The translations under genes were made by a program, and so were the position numbers. From assembly GCA_021738565.1 (NCBI GenBank), contig JAIPBT010000012.1, forward strand, positions 36,843-100,842: DNA of 64,000 nucleotides. Reading direction: 5' to 3'. Below are positions 9,510 to 19,564 of this stretch, piece after piece. Within the stretch, counting starts at the first letter, position 1. Each line of letters starts with the position of its first letter. Under the pieces are notes generated by a model. It had not been told where the DNA came from. It searched no databases and saw only the letters and a list, made by a program, of their open reading frames with translations. The stretch is from Bacteroidales bacterium (lineage in GTDB: Bacteria > Bacteroidota > Bacteroidia > Bacteroidales > GCA-2748055).

Positions 9510-11642
9510 TCATTGTCTTCGTATTGGCACCTGGCCCTGCAAATACTTATCCAGCCATCCCCTGAATTCCCGTTGCCATAGGATGGCGTTCTGTGGACTG
9601 GTGACAAAGTGGGTCTCATCGGGAAATACCAGCAATTTACTGGGTACGCCCAGCAGCTGCGCAGCATTAAATGCTTGCATACTCTGTGTGTAGGGGATCC
9701 TGAAATCATATTCCCCTGTAATGATGAGTATCGGTGTATCCCAGTTCTTTACCTTCAGGTGCGGTGAAAATGAATAGTTCCTGGGTTTGGGGACATCCCA
9801 GTAGGCTCCGCCATTGTCGTGGTGGACGAAGAACATCTCCTCTGTCTCTGTGTACATGCTTTCCGTATTGAATATCCCGCAATGGGAAATGAAAGTTTTG
9901 AACCTTCCCTCATGGATGCCGGCCAGGTAGAAAACAGAATACCCCCCGTAACTTGCACCTACCGCTCCCAGCCGATCCTCATCCACATAAGGCTCCCCTG
10001 CCAGGTTATCGATTGCTGAAAGGTAATCCCGCATATTCTGACCACCATAATCCGTCGAAATCTGATCGTTCCATTCCTGTCCGAAAGTAGGCAGCCCTCG
10101 CCTGTTGGGAGCTACAACAACGTATCCACCCGATGCCATCATCTGGAAATTCCACCTGTAGGACCAGAACTGGCTGACGGCGCTCTGGGGTCCTCCCTGG
10201 CAATAAAGGAGCGCCGGGTATTCCCGGGTTTCATCAAACCCCGGGGGATGGATCACCCAGGTAAGCATCTCCTTCCCGTCCGTTGTGGGAACCCACCTCG
10301 ACCGTACTTCTGCCATTTCGATATGATCATAGATATGTTTGTTAACAAAACTTATTTGCATCAAACCCCCGGTCTGCGGATCGATCTTAAAAAGCTCCGT
10401 TGCCATTTGCATCGACATGACTGATGCCGTTATGACACCGTTGGCCATATCAAACGATGTAATATCATGAATGCCTTCGGTTACCATTTCAATATCCATA
10501 GAGTCCAAATCGATCCTGCCAACCTGGTAAGTCGCGTGATGCCCGGTGATGAACCAGATGGTACCGTTGTCTTCCGACCAAACCAGGTTGGAAACATTCT
10601 GATCGAAATTCCCGGTGAGATAACTGATCTCGCCGGTTTCGAGGTCCCTCAGCATCAACCGTTCCTTATCCGCTTCAAAACCCGGCGTCTCCATGCTCTG
10701 CCATGCCATCATCTTCCCATCGGGTGAAAATGTAGGATACCTGTCATACCCATCCATTCCTTCTGTAAGATTCTCTGTCGTCCGTGATTGAATGTCATAC
10801 AAATAAATATCGGAATCGGTACTGATGGCATATTCATTCCTGCTCATTTTTTTGCAGGAATAGGCAACCTTTGTACCGTCTGCATTCCACGTGATCCCGG
10901 CCTGGTCAAACCAGGGAGAAAGCGGCGCTTCATAGGGTTCCCCCTCCATGATGTCAAAATGGCGCTTCAATCCTTTGGCTGTAAGGTCTGCCACGAAAAT
11001 ATGAGAGACGTATTCATCTTCCCAATGGTCCCAGTGCCGGTACATCAATTCATCAATGATACGGACATTTGCTTGGGGAAGATCTGGATAGATCTCATCA
11101 AGGGACTTCCTGTACTTAACTTCGGTCAGGTACAGTATCTTTGACCCGTCAGGCGAGTACTCAAATCCGTTGATGCCGCCGTCAATTTCAGAGACCATCA
11201 CTTTTTCCAGTCCATTGATGTCCATCTCCCACAATTGTATCTCACCCGATGCATTCGAGAGGAATCCGATACTGTCCGACCCGGGCTTCCATCTTGGATT
11301 GTAAGCAGATCCGCCACTTTCTGTCAGTTGCAGCAGGTCAGTACCAGCGGTTGTCGTTACAAATATATCGGAAGAGCGTGCTTCTGTGGCTGCGTCGTAC
11401 CTGGTAACAGTATACAATACATTTTTCCCGTCCGGTGAGAGCCGCTGCTCCCCCACCCTTCCGAATTTCCAGAGGATTTCGGGAGTCATTACACCGGCTT
11501 CAATTTCCTCCTGCGTCAGTTTTCCGGTGAAATCAGGTATGCTTTCTGAACGATCCGCACCGTCATTGCATGAAGCAAAAACCAGCAGAAATACAACCAA
11601 TAATGAACCTGGCAATGCAAAATATTTTTTCATGTTGATCAA
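9510..11642 (-). CDS. S9 family peptidase (DPP5/acylaminoacyl-peptidase-like), probable lipoprotein
   Basis: Beta-propeller SPDG repeats, QGGPQS, GASYGG nucleophile, DFRIP and DETH catalytic Asp/His; FASC lipobox. Confidence 0.92.
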   Translation of the reverse strand: MINMKKYFALPGSLLVVFLLVFASCNDGADRSESIPDFTGKLTQEEIEAGVMTPEILWKFGRVGEQRLSPDGKNVLYTVTRYDAATEARSSDIFVTTTAGTDLLQLTESGGSAYNPRWKPGSDSIGFLSNASGEIQLWEMDINGLEKVMVSEIDGGINGFEYSPDGSKILYLTEVKYRKSLDEIYPDLPQANVRIIDELMYRHWDHWEDEYVSHIFVADLTAKGLKRHFDIMEGEPYEAPLSPWFDQAGITWNADGTKVAYSCKKMSRNEYAISTDSDIYLYDIQSRTTENLTEGMDGYDRYPTFSPDGKMMAWQSMETPGFEADKERLMLRDLETGEISYLTGNFDQNVSNLVWSEDNGTIWFITGHHATYQVGRIDLDSMDIEMVTEGIHDITSFDMANGVITASVMSMQMATELFKIDPQTGGLMQISFVNKHIYDHIEMAEVRSRWVPTTDGKEMLTWVIHPPGFDETREYPALLYCQGGPQSAVSQFWSYRWNFQMMASGGYVVVAPNRRGLPTFGQEWNDQISTDYGGQNMRDYLSAIDNLAGEPYVDEDRLGAVGASYGGYSVFYLAGIHEGRFKTFISHCGIFNTESMYTETEEMFFVHHDNGGAYWDVPKPRNYSFSPHLKVKNWDTPILIITGEYDFRIPYTQSMQAFNAAQLLGVPSKLLVFPDETHFVTSPQNAILWQREFRGWLDKYLQGQVPIRRQ

Positions 11643-11741
11643 AATTTATTGGATAATTAAAAATAATGATTTTAGATGATAATGTCTGCAGTTTTCCCGG
11701 ATATTTATGCCAGATAAAAACATTTCGTTATTTTAGCAAGC

Positions 11742-14033
11742 ATGAAAACTACAGTACTATCAATCCTACTGTCAGCAATGACTTTAACAATTCATTCTCA
11801 ACCGGGAAATAATCCAGAAAGAATGCAGCTCAACTGGAAACTTGAATATTCCCTGCCGGGATCAGAGGAGGTAAAAACCACCGGTGCCGAAGTACCGGGT
11901 GCCGTTCAACTTGATATAGCCAGTGCTGAAAAATACGGTCCGTATGCTTATGCAGAAAACTGGAAGGATTATTTGTGGATGGAGGATGAATATTTTACCT
12001 ACAGGACTGAATTTCCCGAACCAGATATTGAGAAAGGTGAAAAGCTCTATTTCATTTCAAAAGGGATCGATTATGAATTTGAAATTGCATTGAACGGAAA
12101 GGTTTTGCTGCACCAGGAAGGAATGTTCACCCCTGTGAAGATCGAACTAACCGGTCTTCTTGATAAAACAAACGAATTGAAGGTCAGTATCTTCCCGGTT
12201 CCAAAAATGCACAAGCACCCGGAGAACAGGAGCCAGGCAGCTCAGAGTGTCAAGCCTGCAGTCAGTTATTCCTGGGACTGGCATCCCCGGTTGATTCCCT
12301 CCGGGATATGGGATGACACCTACCTGGAAATTCGCCCCGGCACCCATCTGGATGATCTGTTTATGAATTATGTACTCGATGAAACCTTGTCAACTGCTTC
12401 GATCGACCTGCACATCACGGGAGAAGAGCTAAATGGGAAAATCCTGCAATGGCAGCTTATTGATGCCAAAGGAAATATTAAAATTGACAAAGAGATCCGC
12501 CCGGGAAACAACAATGCGGTAATTGATGCTGAACTTGAAAATCCGGAGCTCTGGTGGACCCATGACCACGGAGAACCTTACCTGTATCAATCCGTTGCAA
12601 CCCTTCTTGATGATCAGGGCAACCCCATTGACAGGAAAGAGACCAGTGTTGGCTTCCGCCGTGTGAGGCTCGTGATGAGTGAAGGTGCATGGAGGGGTCC
12701 CGAAGGATTCCCGAAATCCAGGAATGTTGCTCCCGCCCAGCTCGAGCTGAACGGAAAAAGGATATTTTCCAAGGGAACCAATTGGGTGAATCCCGAGATC
12801 TTTCCTGGTATAATCACAAGGGAAAGGTATAATGAACTTACCAACCGCGCGCTTAATGCAAATTTCAATATGCTGCGCGTATGGGGAGGTGGCATTGTGA
12901 ACAAACAATCATTCTATGATCTTTGCGATGAAAAGGGAATCCTCGTATGGCAGGAATTTCCACTGGCTTGCAACAACTATAAAGGCACGCCTGAATACCT
13001 GGCAGTCCTTGAACAGGAATCAGGATCCATTATCAAAAGGCTGCGCAGGCATCCCTCCCTTGCAATTTGGTCGGGAGGCAATGAACTTTTCAATTCCTGG
13101 AGCCGGATGACGGATCAGTCCCTTGCCCTGAGGCTGCTGAACAGCCAGTGCCTTGAACTGGACCCGCACACTCCCTATATCAATACTTCACCGCTGGAGG
13201 GTATGGGCCACGGACACTATGTTTTCAGGGACATGAACACCGGTGAAGAGGTATATTCAACAATGCAGAGGGCGCATTTTACGGCCTACACAGAATTTGG
13301 TATGCCCTCTCCCAGTTCTGTGGAGGTCCTGCGGTCCATCATCCCGGAAAATGAACTCTGGCCGCCAAAACCAGGAACCTCATGGGAAAGTCATCATGCA
13401 TACAAAGCCTGGGTAGGCAACACCTGGCTGATGCAGGATATGATTGAAGATTACTTTGGCCCTTCAAAGGCCCTTGAAGAACTGGTTGAAAACGGCCAAT
13501 TGATACAGGTAGAGGGCTACAAAGCTATCTATGAAGAAGCAAGAAGACAAAAACCCTACTGTGCAATGGCACTTAACTGGTGTTTCAACGAGCCATGGCC
13601 CACTGCTGCAAACAACAGCCTGATTAATTATCCGAACATCGCAAAACCTGCCCTGAAGGGGGTTGGTGATGCATGCAGACCCGTACTGGCAAGTGCAAGG
13701 ATCAAAAAATTCAAATGGCGTGAAGGTGAAATCTTCGATACCGAAGTCTTCATGTTAAATGACCGGTTTTCAGCGCTTCCCGGAGGAAAAATTAAGATCA
13801 AACTTGTTGCAGGTGAAGAAGAAGCTGTATTGATGACCTGGAACTACGGTGAAGTGCCCGCCAATGATAATCTTGCAGGTCCGACTGCAAGGGGAAAACT
13901 TCCACACTGGAAAACGGATCGTTTCAAACTGGTACTTGAAGTGAAAGACCATCCCGAATACAATTCAGAATACCTTTTGTTGTATGAACCAAAACACAGC
14001 ACCAAACAGGCCGCTGCTTTAATGAATCAATAG
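11742..14033 (+). CDS. GH2 beta-mannosidase-like glycosidase
   Basis: YSWDWHPR, KGTNWV, NMLRVWGGG, VWQEF, IWSGGNE, TEFG motifs. Confidence 0.88.
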   Translation: MKTTVLSILLSAMTLTIHSQPGNNPERMQLNWKLEYSLPGSEEVKTTGAEVPGAVQLDIASAEKYGPYAYAENWKDYLWMEDEYFTYRTEFPEPDIEKGEKLYFISKGIDYEFEIALNGKVLLHQEGMFTPVKIELTGLLDKTNELKVSIFPVPKMHKHPENRSQAAQSVKPAVSYSWDWHPRLIPSGIWDDTYLEIRPGTHLDDLFMNYVLDETLSTASIDLHITGEELNGKILQWQLIDAKGNIKIDKEIRPGNNNAVIDAELENPELWWTHDHGEPYLYQSVATLLDDQGNPIDRKETSVGFRRVRLVMSEGAWRGPEGFPKSRNVAPAQLELNGKRIFSKGTNWVNPEIFPGIITRERYNELTNRALNANFNMLRVWGGGIVNKQSFYDLCDEKGILVWQEFPLACNNYKGTPEYLAVLEQESGSIIKRLRRHPSLAIWSGGNELFNSWSRMTDQSLALRLLNSQCLELDPHTPYINTSPLEGMGHGHYVFRDMNTGEEVYSTMQRAHFTAYTEFGMPSPSSVEVLRSIIPENELWPPKPGTSWESHHAYKAWVGNTWLMQDMIEDYFGPSKALEELVENGQLIQVEGYKAIYEEARRQKPYCAMALNWCFNEPWPTAANNSLINYPNIAKPALKGVGDACRPVLASARIKKFKWREGEIFDTEVFMLNDRFSALPGGKIKIKLVAGEEEAVLMTWNYGEVPANDNLAGPTARGKLPHWKTDRFKLVLEVKDHPEYNSEYLLLYEPKHSTKQAAALMNQ

Positions 14034-14142
14034 GTTTCAAACACCGGTCCCGGTATTGAAGCAAAATCTGTACAGGTACCAGGCAGACAGGCAAAAAAAG
14101 CAAATAAAAGTCGCAATTAGTAAAAAATAGTGGTTTAACCAG

Positions 14143-15636
14143 TTACCATCTTTTAAAGATGTTTCTCTTGCGACGGGTTTTATTTTCCATCCATGCACAT
14201 TTACCCGATAGCATGGTATTCCTGTTGCGATGAACCTTCCCGGGTTTTAATGGACAACCAAGCATGAAATTCATCCCAAACCTTATATTTACTGTTCTGA
14301 CGTCCAGTGGTTTAAATAGTCCATACACATTATCAGAGACCGCATATACCTGAAAATTATCACCCGTATATGCCAACCCCGCACCAAAATTCATAATGGT
14401 ATTGTTCAGGTGTGAAAGGCTGACGCTCGCCCTGAAATGTTTGCGGATAACGGCATTCAGGGAAGCTGTCAATGAACTGCTGATTCTCCTGTTAACAAGC
14501 ACGTTCCGGTTCACGAGTCCAAGCGTAATATCCCTGCTCCACCTGATCTCCGCTCCAAGAAAAACCTGAAGGGGCAGCGGGGCAAAATAGGATTCCTGTG
14601 TCACACCGTATTTGATATCGTTCATGATCGAATCTGTCAGGTCCCTGAAATATGCTGCTGTCGAAAAGTCCGTACCCTCGGAGGCTCCTGCATAGAAAAA
14701 ATCCACTTCACTCCCCACATTGTATGTATCATGGGTGTACCTGACAACTCCAAGGTCGAGAATGCTGGCAGAAAGAGAGATCTCGTCGCTGAATTCGCTG
14801 ATGATCCCAAAATCTGCTGCAACACCTACGTTGCGCGGATTCATCAGCAAAGAAAAATAGTTCAGCTCCTGGAAGCTAATGCTCCGAATCAGACTGTCAC
14901 CTCCCTGTTCAATTACAATAGGCAACGAACTGTTCAATTGTACATTTCCAGCTACAGTAAGATCAAACCTGACCGGGTCGGTTCCAAGCAATACACGGGA
15001 GGAACCGGTATTGATATTTGCCTTCCCGAACAGCAGTTTGGCACGTACCCCTGCACGTGTATATTTATCAAGAAAAAATGCATATCCTGCACTGTATTCA
15101 CGGTAATAGGAAGCATTGACCCTTGTATTGTCAAATCTTTGCGGATCACCCACATATTCAGGATAGTTTCCGTACAATAACAATCCTGCCAGTTTCTTAG
15201 AGAACGAATTATACGTGCTGAATTTATCGGCCACAGAAAACGTAAAATACCTGTCACCCATCCTGTATCCCAGTGAAACAGGGTAAGCTATTGCTTCTGC
15301 GAAAATGCCGTTCTTGCGATCAAGGAAATCATACACCTTGTCCAGCTCAAGCATGCTCTCATTGGCTATGTCATTGAAAGTAAATGAAGTATTTGAATAA
15401 TTAAAGTGCAGTGTATTCAAAACGGGTATCCCGACGAAATATTTACAACGGAGCTGGACTGCCGGGTTCAGCTGGTTCGACTGCGGAACGGAATGCATCA
15501 GGAACAGGGTGTTGCTTTGCTGGGCCGGTGCAACCATGGCTGCAGTCAACAGCATAAGCATATACAGAAATCCTGAGACCTTTTTCGCGGGGATCCTGAA
15601 TTTCAAGGGACAATATGTGTTAAAACAGGTTCGCAA
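14143..15636 (-). CDS. DUF5723-family outer-membrane beta-barrel protein
   Basis: QQSNTLFLMHSVPQSNQLNPA N-terminus, YYREYSAGY, SASILDLG, NIRFGMNFMLG; true start probably downstream of the annotated TTG. Confidence 0.7.
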   Translation of the reverse strand: MRTCFNTYCPLKFRIPAKKVSGFLYMLMLLTAAMVAPAQQSNTLFLMHSVPQSNQLNPAVQLRCKYFVGIPVLNTLHFNYSNTSFTFNDIANESMLELDKVYDFLDRKNGIFAEAIAYPVSLGYRMGDRYFTFSVADKFSTYNSFSKKLAGLLLYGNYPEYVGDPQRFDNTRVNASYYREYSAGYAFFLDKYTRAGVRAKLLFGKANINTGSSRVLLGTDPVRFDLTVAGNVQLNSSLPIVIEQGGDSLIRSISFQELNYFSLLMNPRNVGVAADFGIISEFSDEISLSASILDLGVVRYTHDTYNVGSEVDFFYAGASEGTDFSTAAYFRDLTDSIMNDIKYGVTQESYFAPLPLQVFLGAEIRWSRDITLGLVNRNVLVNRRISSSLTASLNAVIRKHFRASVSLSHLNNTIMNFGAGLAYTGDNFQVYAVSDNVYGLFKPLDVRTVNIRFGMNFMLGCPLKPGKVHRNRNTMLSGKCAWMENKTRRKRNIFKRW

Positions 15637-15674
15637 AAATGTATTTCCTTTTTTAAGTACCCGTCCTGTTGAAA

Positions 15675-16325
15675 CTAAAGATCGGATTTGATGCCAAGTA
15701 CTGCACCAATTTGTACGATAAAAATATATTCAGGAAAATAGGCTACACTGCTCATCCTTCCTTTGAACCTGAAATACTTTGCCTGCAGCAGGATGTCAAG
15801 TCTCTCCGCATCAAAATATACCTCTTTCATGGTATGTTCATAGCGAGCAGTTTCACCCCCCGACAGCAGCTCGCCTCTTTCCATGACCATAAGCGGATTG
15901 AAAAGGGAATCAATGACTGTACCATATTCATCCTCTACGTATCCCTGTATCTCTGCCTCAATCGGAAAACCATTGTATGTATTGAAACGCAATATTGCCA
16001 TATTGATCTCCTCCCGCTTGCCGAGCACCTCTTCAAAATCAAAATCTATTCCGCCTGACATAGGGATGCTGTCAAGCAAATCCCAGTAAGGCCTTCCACT
16101 GACCGGATCTATCTCAAGCAATAACGTATCAAATCCAGATGGAATTCTTAATCCGAATTCAACTTCCCCGATTGGAAATGCAAGGAACGGTTCCCAGTTG
16201 TACTGGGTTGGAAATACCTCCGGAAAATCCCTTTTGCAACTTTGCAGGCCAAACAAAAGTATCACAGGAAGCAACACAACGCTTCTGGCCAATGGATATG
16301 TATGGAAAATGTTTCTGATCATCAA
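15675..16325 (-). CDS. Hypothetical lipoprotein, partner of DUF5723 protein
   Basis: Hydrophobic signal with LQSC lipobox; WEPFLAFPIG and NGFPIEA motifs seen in DUF5723-adjacent lipoproteins. Confidence 0.65.
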   Translation of the reverse strand: MMIRNIFHTYPLARSVVLLPVILLFGLQSCKRDFPEVFPTQYNWEPFLAFPIGEVEFGLRIPSGFDTLLLEIDPVSGRPYWDLLDSIPMSGGIDFDFEEVLGKREEINMAILRFNTYNGFPIEAEIQGYVEDEYGTVIDSLFNPLMVMERGELLSGGETARYEHTMKEVYFDAERLDILLQAKYFRFKGRMSSVAYFPEYIFIVQIGAVLGIKSDL

Positions 16326-16482
16326 GCACGGTTAAATAATATAAGTTTTCTTTCTGACACTATATAACACACAATTAATAAAAACGTTGTAATGAGTTCA
16401 AATAACATGCCAGATGATCAGCATGCGCAGCAAATGATTAAATATATTGACCTGGCCTTTGGCCTTTAGCACCTGGCCCTTT

Positions 16483-18621
16483 TTATTTCACGGCAATCTT
16501 TTTGCTGAATGCCACCGGGTAGGTGCCAATCATACCCTGTACTGTAACCTTGTAAGTACCGGGCATATCAGATGTATAGAATTCAAATGAAGATCTGCCA
16601 TTATCCTCCAATAGCAGATCAGGATTCCAGTACAATAGCCTTCGATGGTCAGTAAGCACCGATGTAGCATCACTTTCAATACTGTAATCGGGATAACCCG
16701 GAAGGTATTTCCCGTATGAATCGGTTACAACCTTGTCCCTCGGTGTTTCATCAGACAATCTCGATTCTGAGCCATATCCTATCATGGTAATCTCGATGAT
16801 GCCAACAACATTCAGACCTGTGTACTGGTGAATATCACCGGGGTCCGTTGATACAAAAATCGATTCAACCTGTGCGGGTGGTATGGTTCTCAGGATGGAA
16901 GCATCCTCCCCCATTTGCTGGTTGTCTATAACAATGAGTGCTCCCTGCTGGAAATTTATGGAATTGGTCGTTCCTGCAAATATGATCTTGTTCCCGTCCA
17001 TCGTGAAAGGCTTGATGGTACGTACCACATCAAGTACAGAAATGCCGCTTTCAAGCTGTTTTTTGTAATTGAGTTCTTCAGCGTCAGGATGTCTTTTGTC
17101 TTTTATCCCAAGTGAAAAATCCTTCATTTTAGGAGCATTGAAGTAAGATGGGAAGAAATCACTGTGCATGAATTCTCCCGCAAGATCTTCTGATTCGCCT
17201 GAAATGGCAGCTTCCTTGCTGCCCAGGATAAAATCCCACGTATAACCGTTCCTGTCGCATGCATTGATCATCCTGTTGAGCCTCTCACTGCTTCCGGAAG
17301 AACCACGAATCTCTGCAAGTTTATATTTGACTTCCTGCTGAAGGTCTGCGCCAATCAGAAGGTAATCATCCACGGGAATTGCCGGTCCTGCAGACAGTTC
17401 CTCCGGGACCACCGAAACAGAAAGCCTTGAACCAGATGGAATATTTTTGAAGTAATTGGTATCCAGCATGACATCAACCCGGACCGGTTGCCTTTTCCTG
17501 TACGATTCCGCTTCAGTATGAACCGATACTGAAGGTTTGTCCTCCCGCTCTAAAAAGATCATTTTCTCTCCAAGAAGTTGTCCTTCAATATCAAACAATG
17601 CAACCTGCAGGATCCCTGATGGAATGTTCCCAACGGGGAGTGTCAGTTCACGGGTCTGCGATAATTTTCCCGGTGCAGACCAATACAACAGTCCCTTTCT
17701 GAACAAGGCGACAACAACCTGTTTGTTCTCATCAATGCCTGAACCGGAAAAACGGGTTTTCATTGCGATCCGCCTGTCGGATATCCTGTCAAGCTCAATC
17801 TGAACTGCATTGTTTTCCTGCTTTTCACTGGCTATATCCGGTACTTTTTCCGTAGGAATGAGTATGCGAAAAGACTGCCCTTCCCGGCGCTTCTGCGCAG
17901 AAATTTCCACTACAAGATTGCCTTCCGGTGCTCCGGGAACAGATGAGTTCATGATATATGTTCCATCTTTGCCTGTTTTGCCTTTCCCTGAATCAATCGT
18001 CTGCTCTCCATTTATAATTTTATAACCGATCTTTACATTGGATACAGGACGTGACCTGTACCCGAAAAATTGCAGCTTTAGTTCAAAATCATCCCCGGCA
18101 TCATACAACTCCCTTTCTAGTTGATAATCTGCCATTAACTGGTTCTCAGGATCAGTGATGATCAATTCCTTATTGAACACCTTGTTCGCCGTAATGACAT
18201 CACCATTCATCACGTAACAGACCAGCTGGTATTTTCCCTGGTCCATATCTTCAGGCAACCTGAAACTTCCATCCGAAAAACCATGGATGACCTCAAAGGA
18301 GGCACTGAGTACCTCTGCTCCCTGACCGTTGATCAACATCAATGTCAATGTTCCTGACCGGTCGGAAGGACGAAGGTTGGCAGCATCGGTTACAGAAGCG
18401 CTGAACAATATGTAATCTCCGGAAAAATAGACAGATCGATCGGTATGAACAAAAACATTGTCATGTGCCCTGCTCATAAAATAGACATTGATCCTGTCCA
18501 CCATATCGTTCACAAAATCATCGCTTGTCTGACTGTGAGCATGCCTGGTCAAAAACAAGCCTGCTGATATCATCGTAATGAAAATCAATTTATTCATCAG
18601 GTTCCTGGTTAATTTCAACAC
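16483..18621 (-). CDS. MG2 (macroglobulin) domain protein with TonB-plug-like domain and no beta-barrel
   Basis: VFVHTDRSVYFSGDYILF (MG2), ALIVIDN...IPPAQVESI...GIIEIT (plug-like), DHRRLLYWNP...FYTSDMPGTYKVTVQG C-terminus. Confidence 0.75.
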   Translation of the reverse strand: MLKLTRNLMNKLIFITMISAGLFLTRHAHSQTSDDFVNDMVDRINVYFMSRAHDNVFVHTDRSVYFSGDYILFSASVTDAANLRPSDRSGTLTLMLINGQGAEVLSASFEVIHGFSDGSFRLPEDMDQGKYQLVCYVMNGDVITANKVFNKELIITDPENQLMADYQLERELYDAGDDFELKLQFFGYRSRPVSNVKIGYKIINGEQTIDSGKGKTGKDGTYIMNSSVPGAPEGNLVVEISAQKRREGQSFRILIPTEKVPDIASEKQENNAVQIELDRISDRRIAMKTRFSGSGIDENKQVVVALFRKGLLYWSAPGKLSQTRELTLPVGNIPSGILQVALFDIEGQLLGEKMIFLEREDKPSVSVHTEAESYRKRQPVRVDVMLDTNYFKNIPSGSRLSVSVVPEELSAGPAIPVDDYLLIGADLQQEVKYKLAEIRGSSGSSERLNRMINACDRNGYTWDFILGSKEAAISGESEDLAGEFMHSDFFPSYFNAPKMKDFSLGIKDKRHPDAEELNYKKQLESGISVLDVVRTIKPFTMDGNKIIFAGTTNSINFQQGALIVIDNQQMGEDASILRTIPPAQVESIFVSTDPGDIHQYTGLNVVGIIEITMIGYGSESRLSDETPRDKVVTDSYGKYLPGYPDYSIESDATSVLTDHRRLLYWNPDLLLEDNGRSSFEFYTSDMPGTYKVTVQGMIGTYPVAFSKKIAVK

Positions 18622-18880
18622 GCAATTTACGGTTAATTATAAGATTTCTGAAATATCAACAACGAATACAGGGAATTGGTTGACAGATTGAAAATTATTA
18701 AAATGACCATGAAATTCAAAACATACCGAATGCAATGCAAAAATAAAACTAGCTTAGAATAATTCTAAATATATAGAATTATGATTAATCGATTATTTAT
18801 AATCTATTTTTATTATATATTTACTTTCTATTTTTTTATAATATTTTATCTAATAATAATTTTTCGTTAATCATCATATT

Positions 18881-19564
18881 ATGCCAGATAAAATTTATGC
18901 CGTAATAGCGGGTGAACTGGCTGAAACCAGGAAGTTGCCTCAGGATCATCTTGGCAGGATCCCGGATATCATCAGGGCCTCTTTCCGCGATGTTACAATG
19001 CGGCAAAGAAATCTGCAAAAAATAGATTATGAGATCATCAGGCTGGATGAATTTCTATCCATTACGAACAATCCGGCGACATCTCTGCAAGCGATGATCA
19101 TGCTTGCCAGTGACTTCAGGTTGCGCGCTTACAGGGAACTCAACATTAGAGCAGACCTCCGGTTGTCATTCGGAATCGCACCTGCAGAATTATTGCAGGA
19201 GGCATTGCGGGAGTCAGATGGGACTGCTTTCAGGATTGCTGCTGATGAATTGAGGAAAATGAAAAGAAACCAGAGGCTCAGCATCAAGACTTTGAATGAT
19301 GATTTGAATGCTGAATTTCAGGTTGCATGCGGTTTTATGGATTCCGTTATTCATGACTGGTCGGATGAGCAGGCTGAAGCTTTGTTCCTGAGTTTATCGG
19401 GGGAAAATCAGAACCAGATCAGCGAAGAATTAGGGATCTCACAGCCGGCAGTGAACCGGAGATTGAAGGCAGCACATGCTGAGTCGATAGAAAAGTTTAT
19501 TGCACGTTTTGAATCATTGTTATCTAAAAACGGAGATCTATGGTCAAACCAATACACTGGATAA
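18881..19564 (+). CDS. SatD-family protein with C-terminal HTH
   Basis: YAVIAGE, RLSFGI, SDGTAF, DWSDEQAE, NQNQISEELGISQPAVNRRLKAA pattern. Confidence 0.75.
   Translation: MPDKIYAVIAGELAETRKLPQDHLGRIPDIIRASFRDVTMRQRNLQKIDYEIIRLDEFLSITNNPATSLQAMIMLASDFRLRAYRELNIRADLRLSFGIAPAELLQEALRESDGTAFRIAADELRKMKRNQRLSIKTLNDDLNAEFQVACGFMDSVIHDWSDEQAEALFLSLSGENQNQISEELGISQPAVNRRLKAAHAESIEKFIARFESLLSKNGDLWSNQYTG

Noticed and set aside
18700-18880. AT-rich replication origin or island boundary
   Set aside because: No DnaA boxes, att sites or integrase; best read as a divergent promoter region
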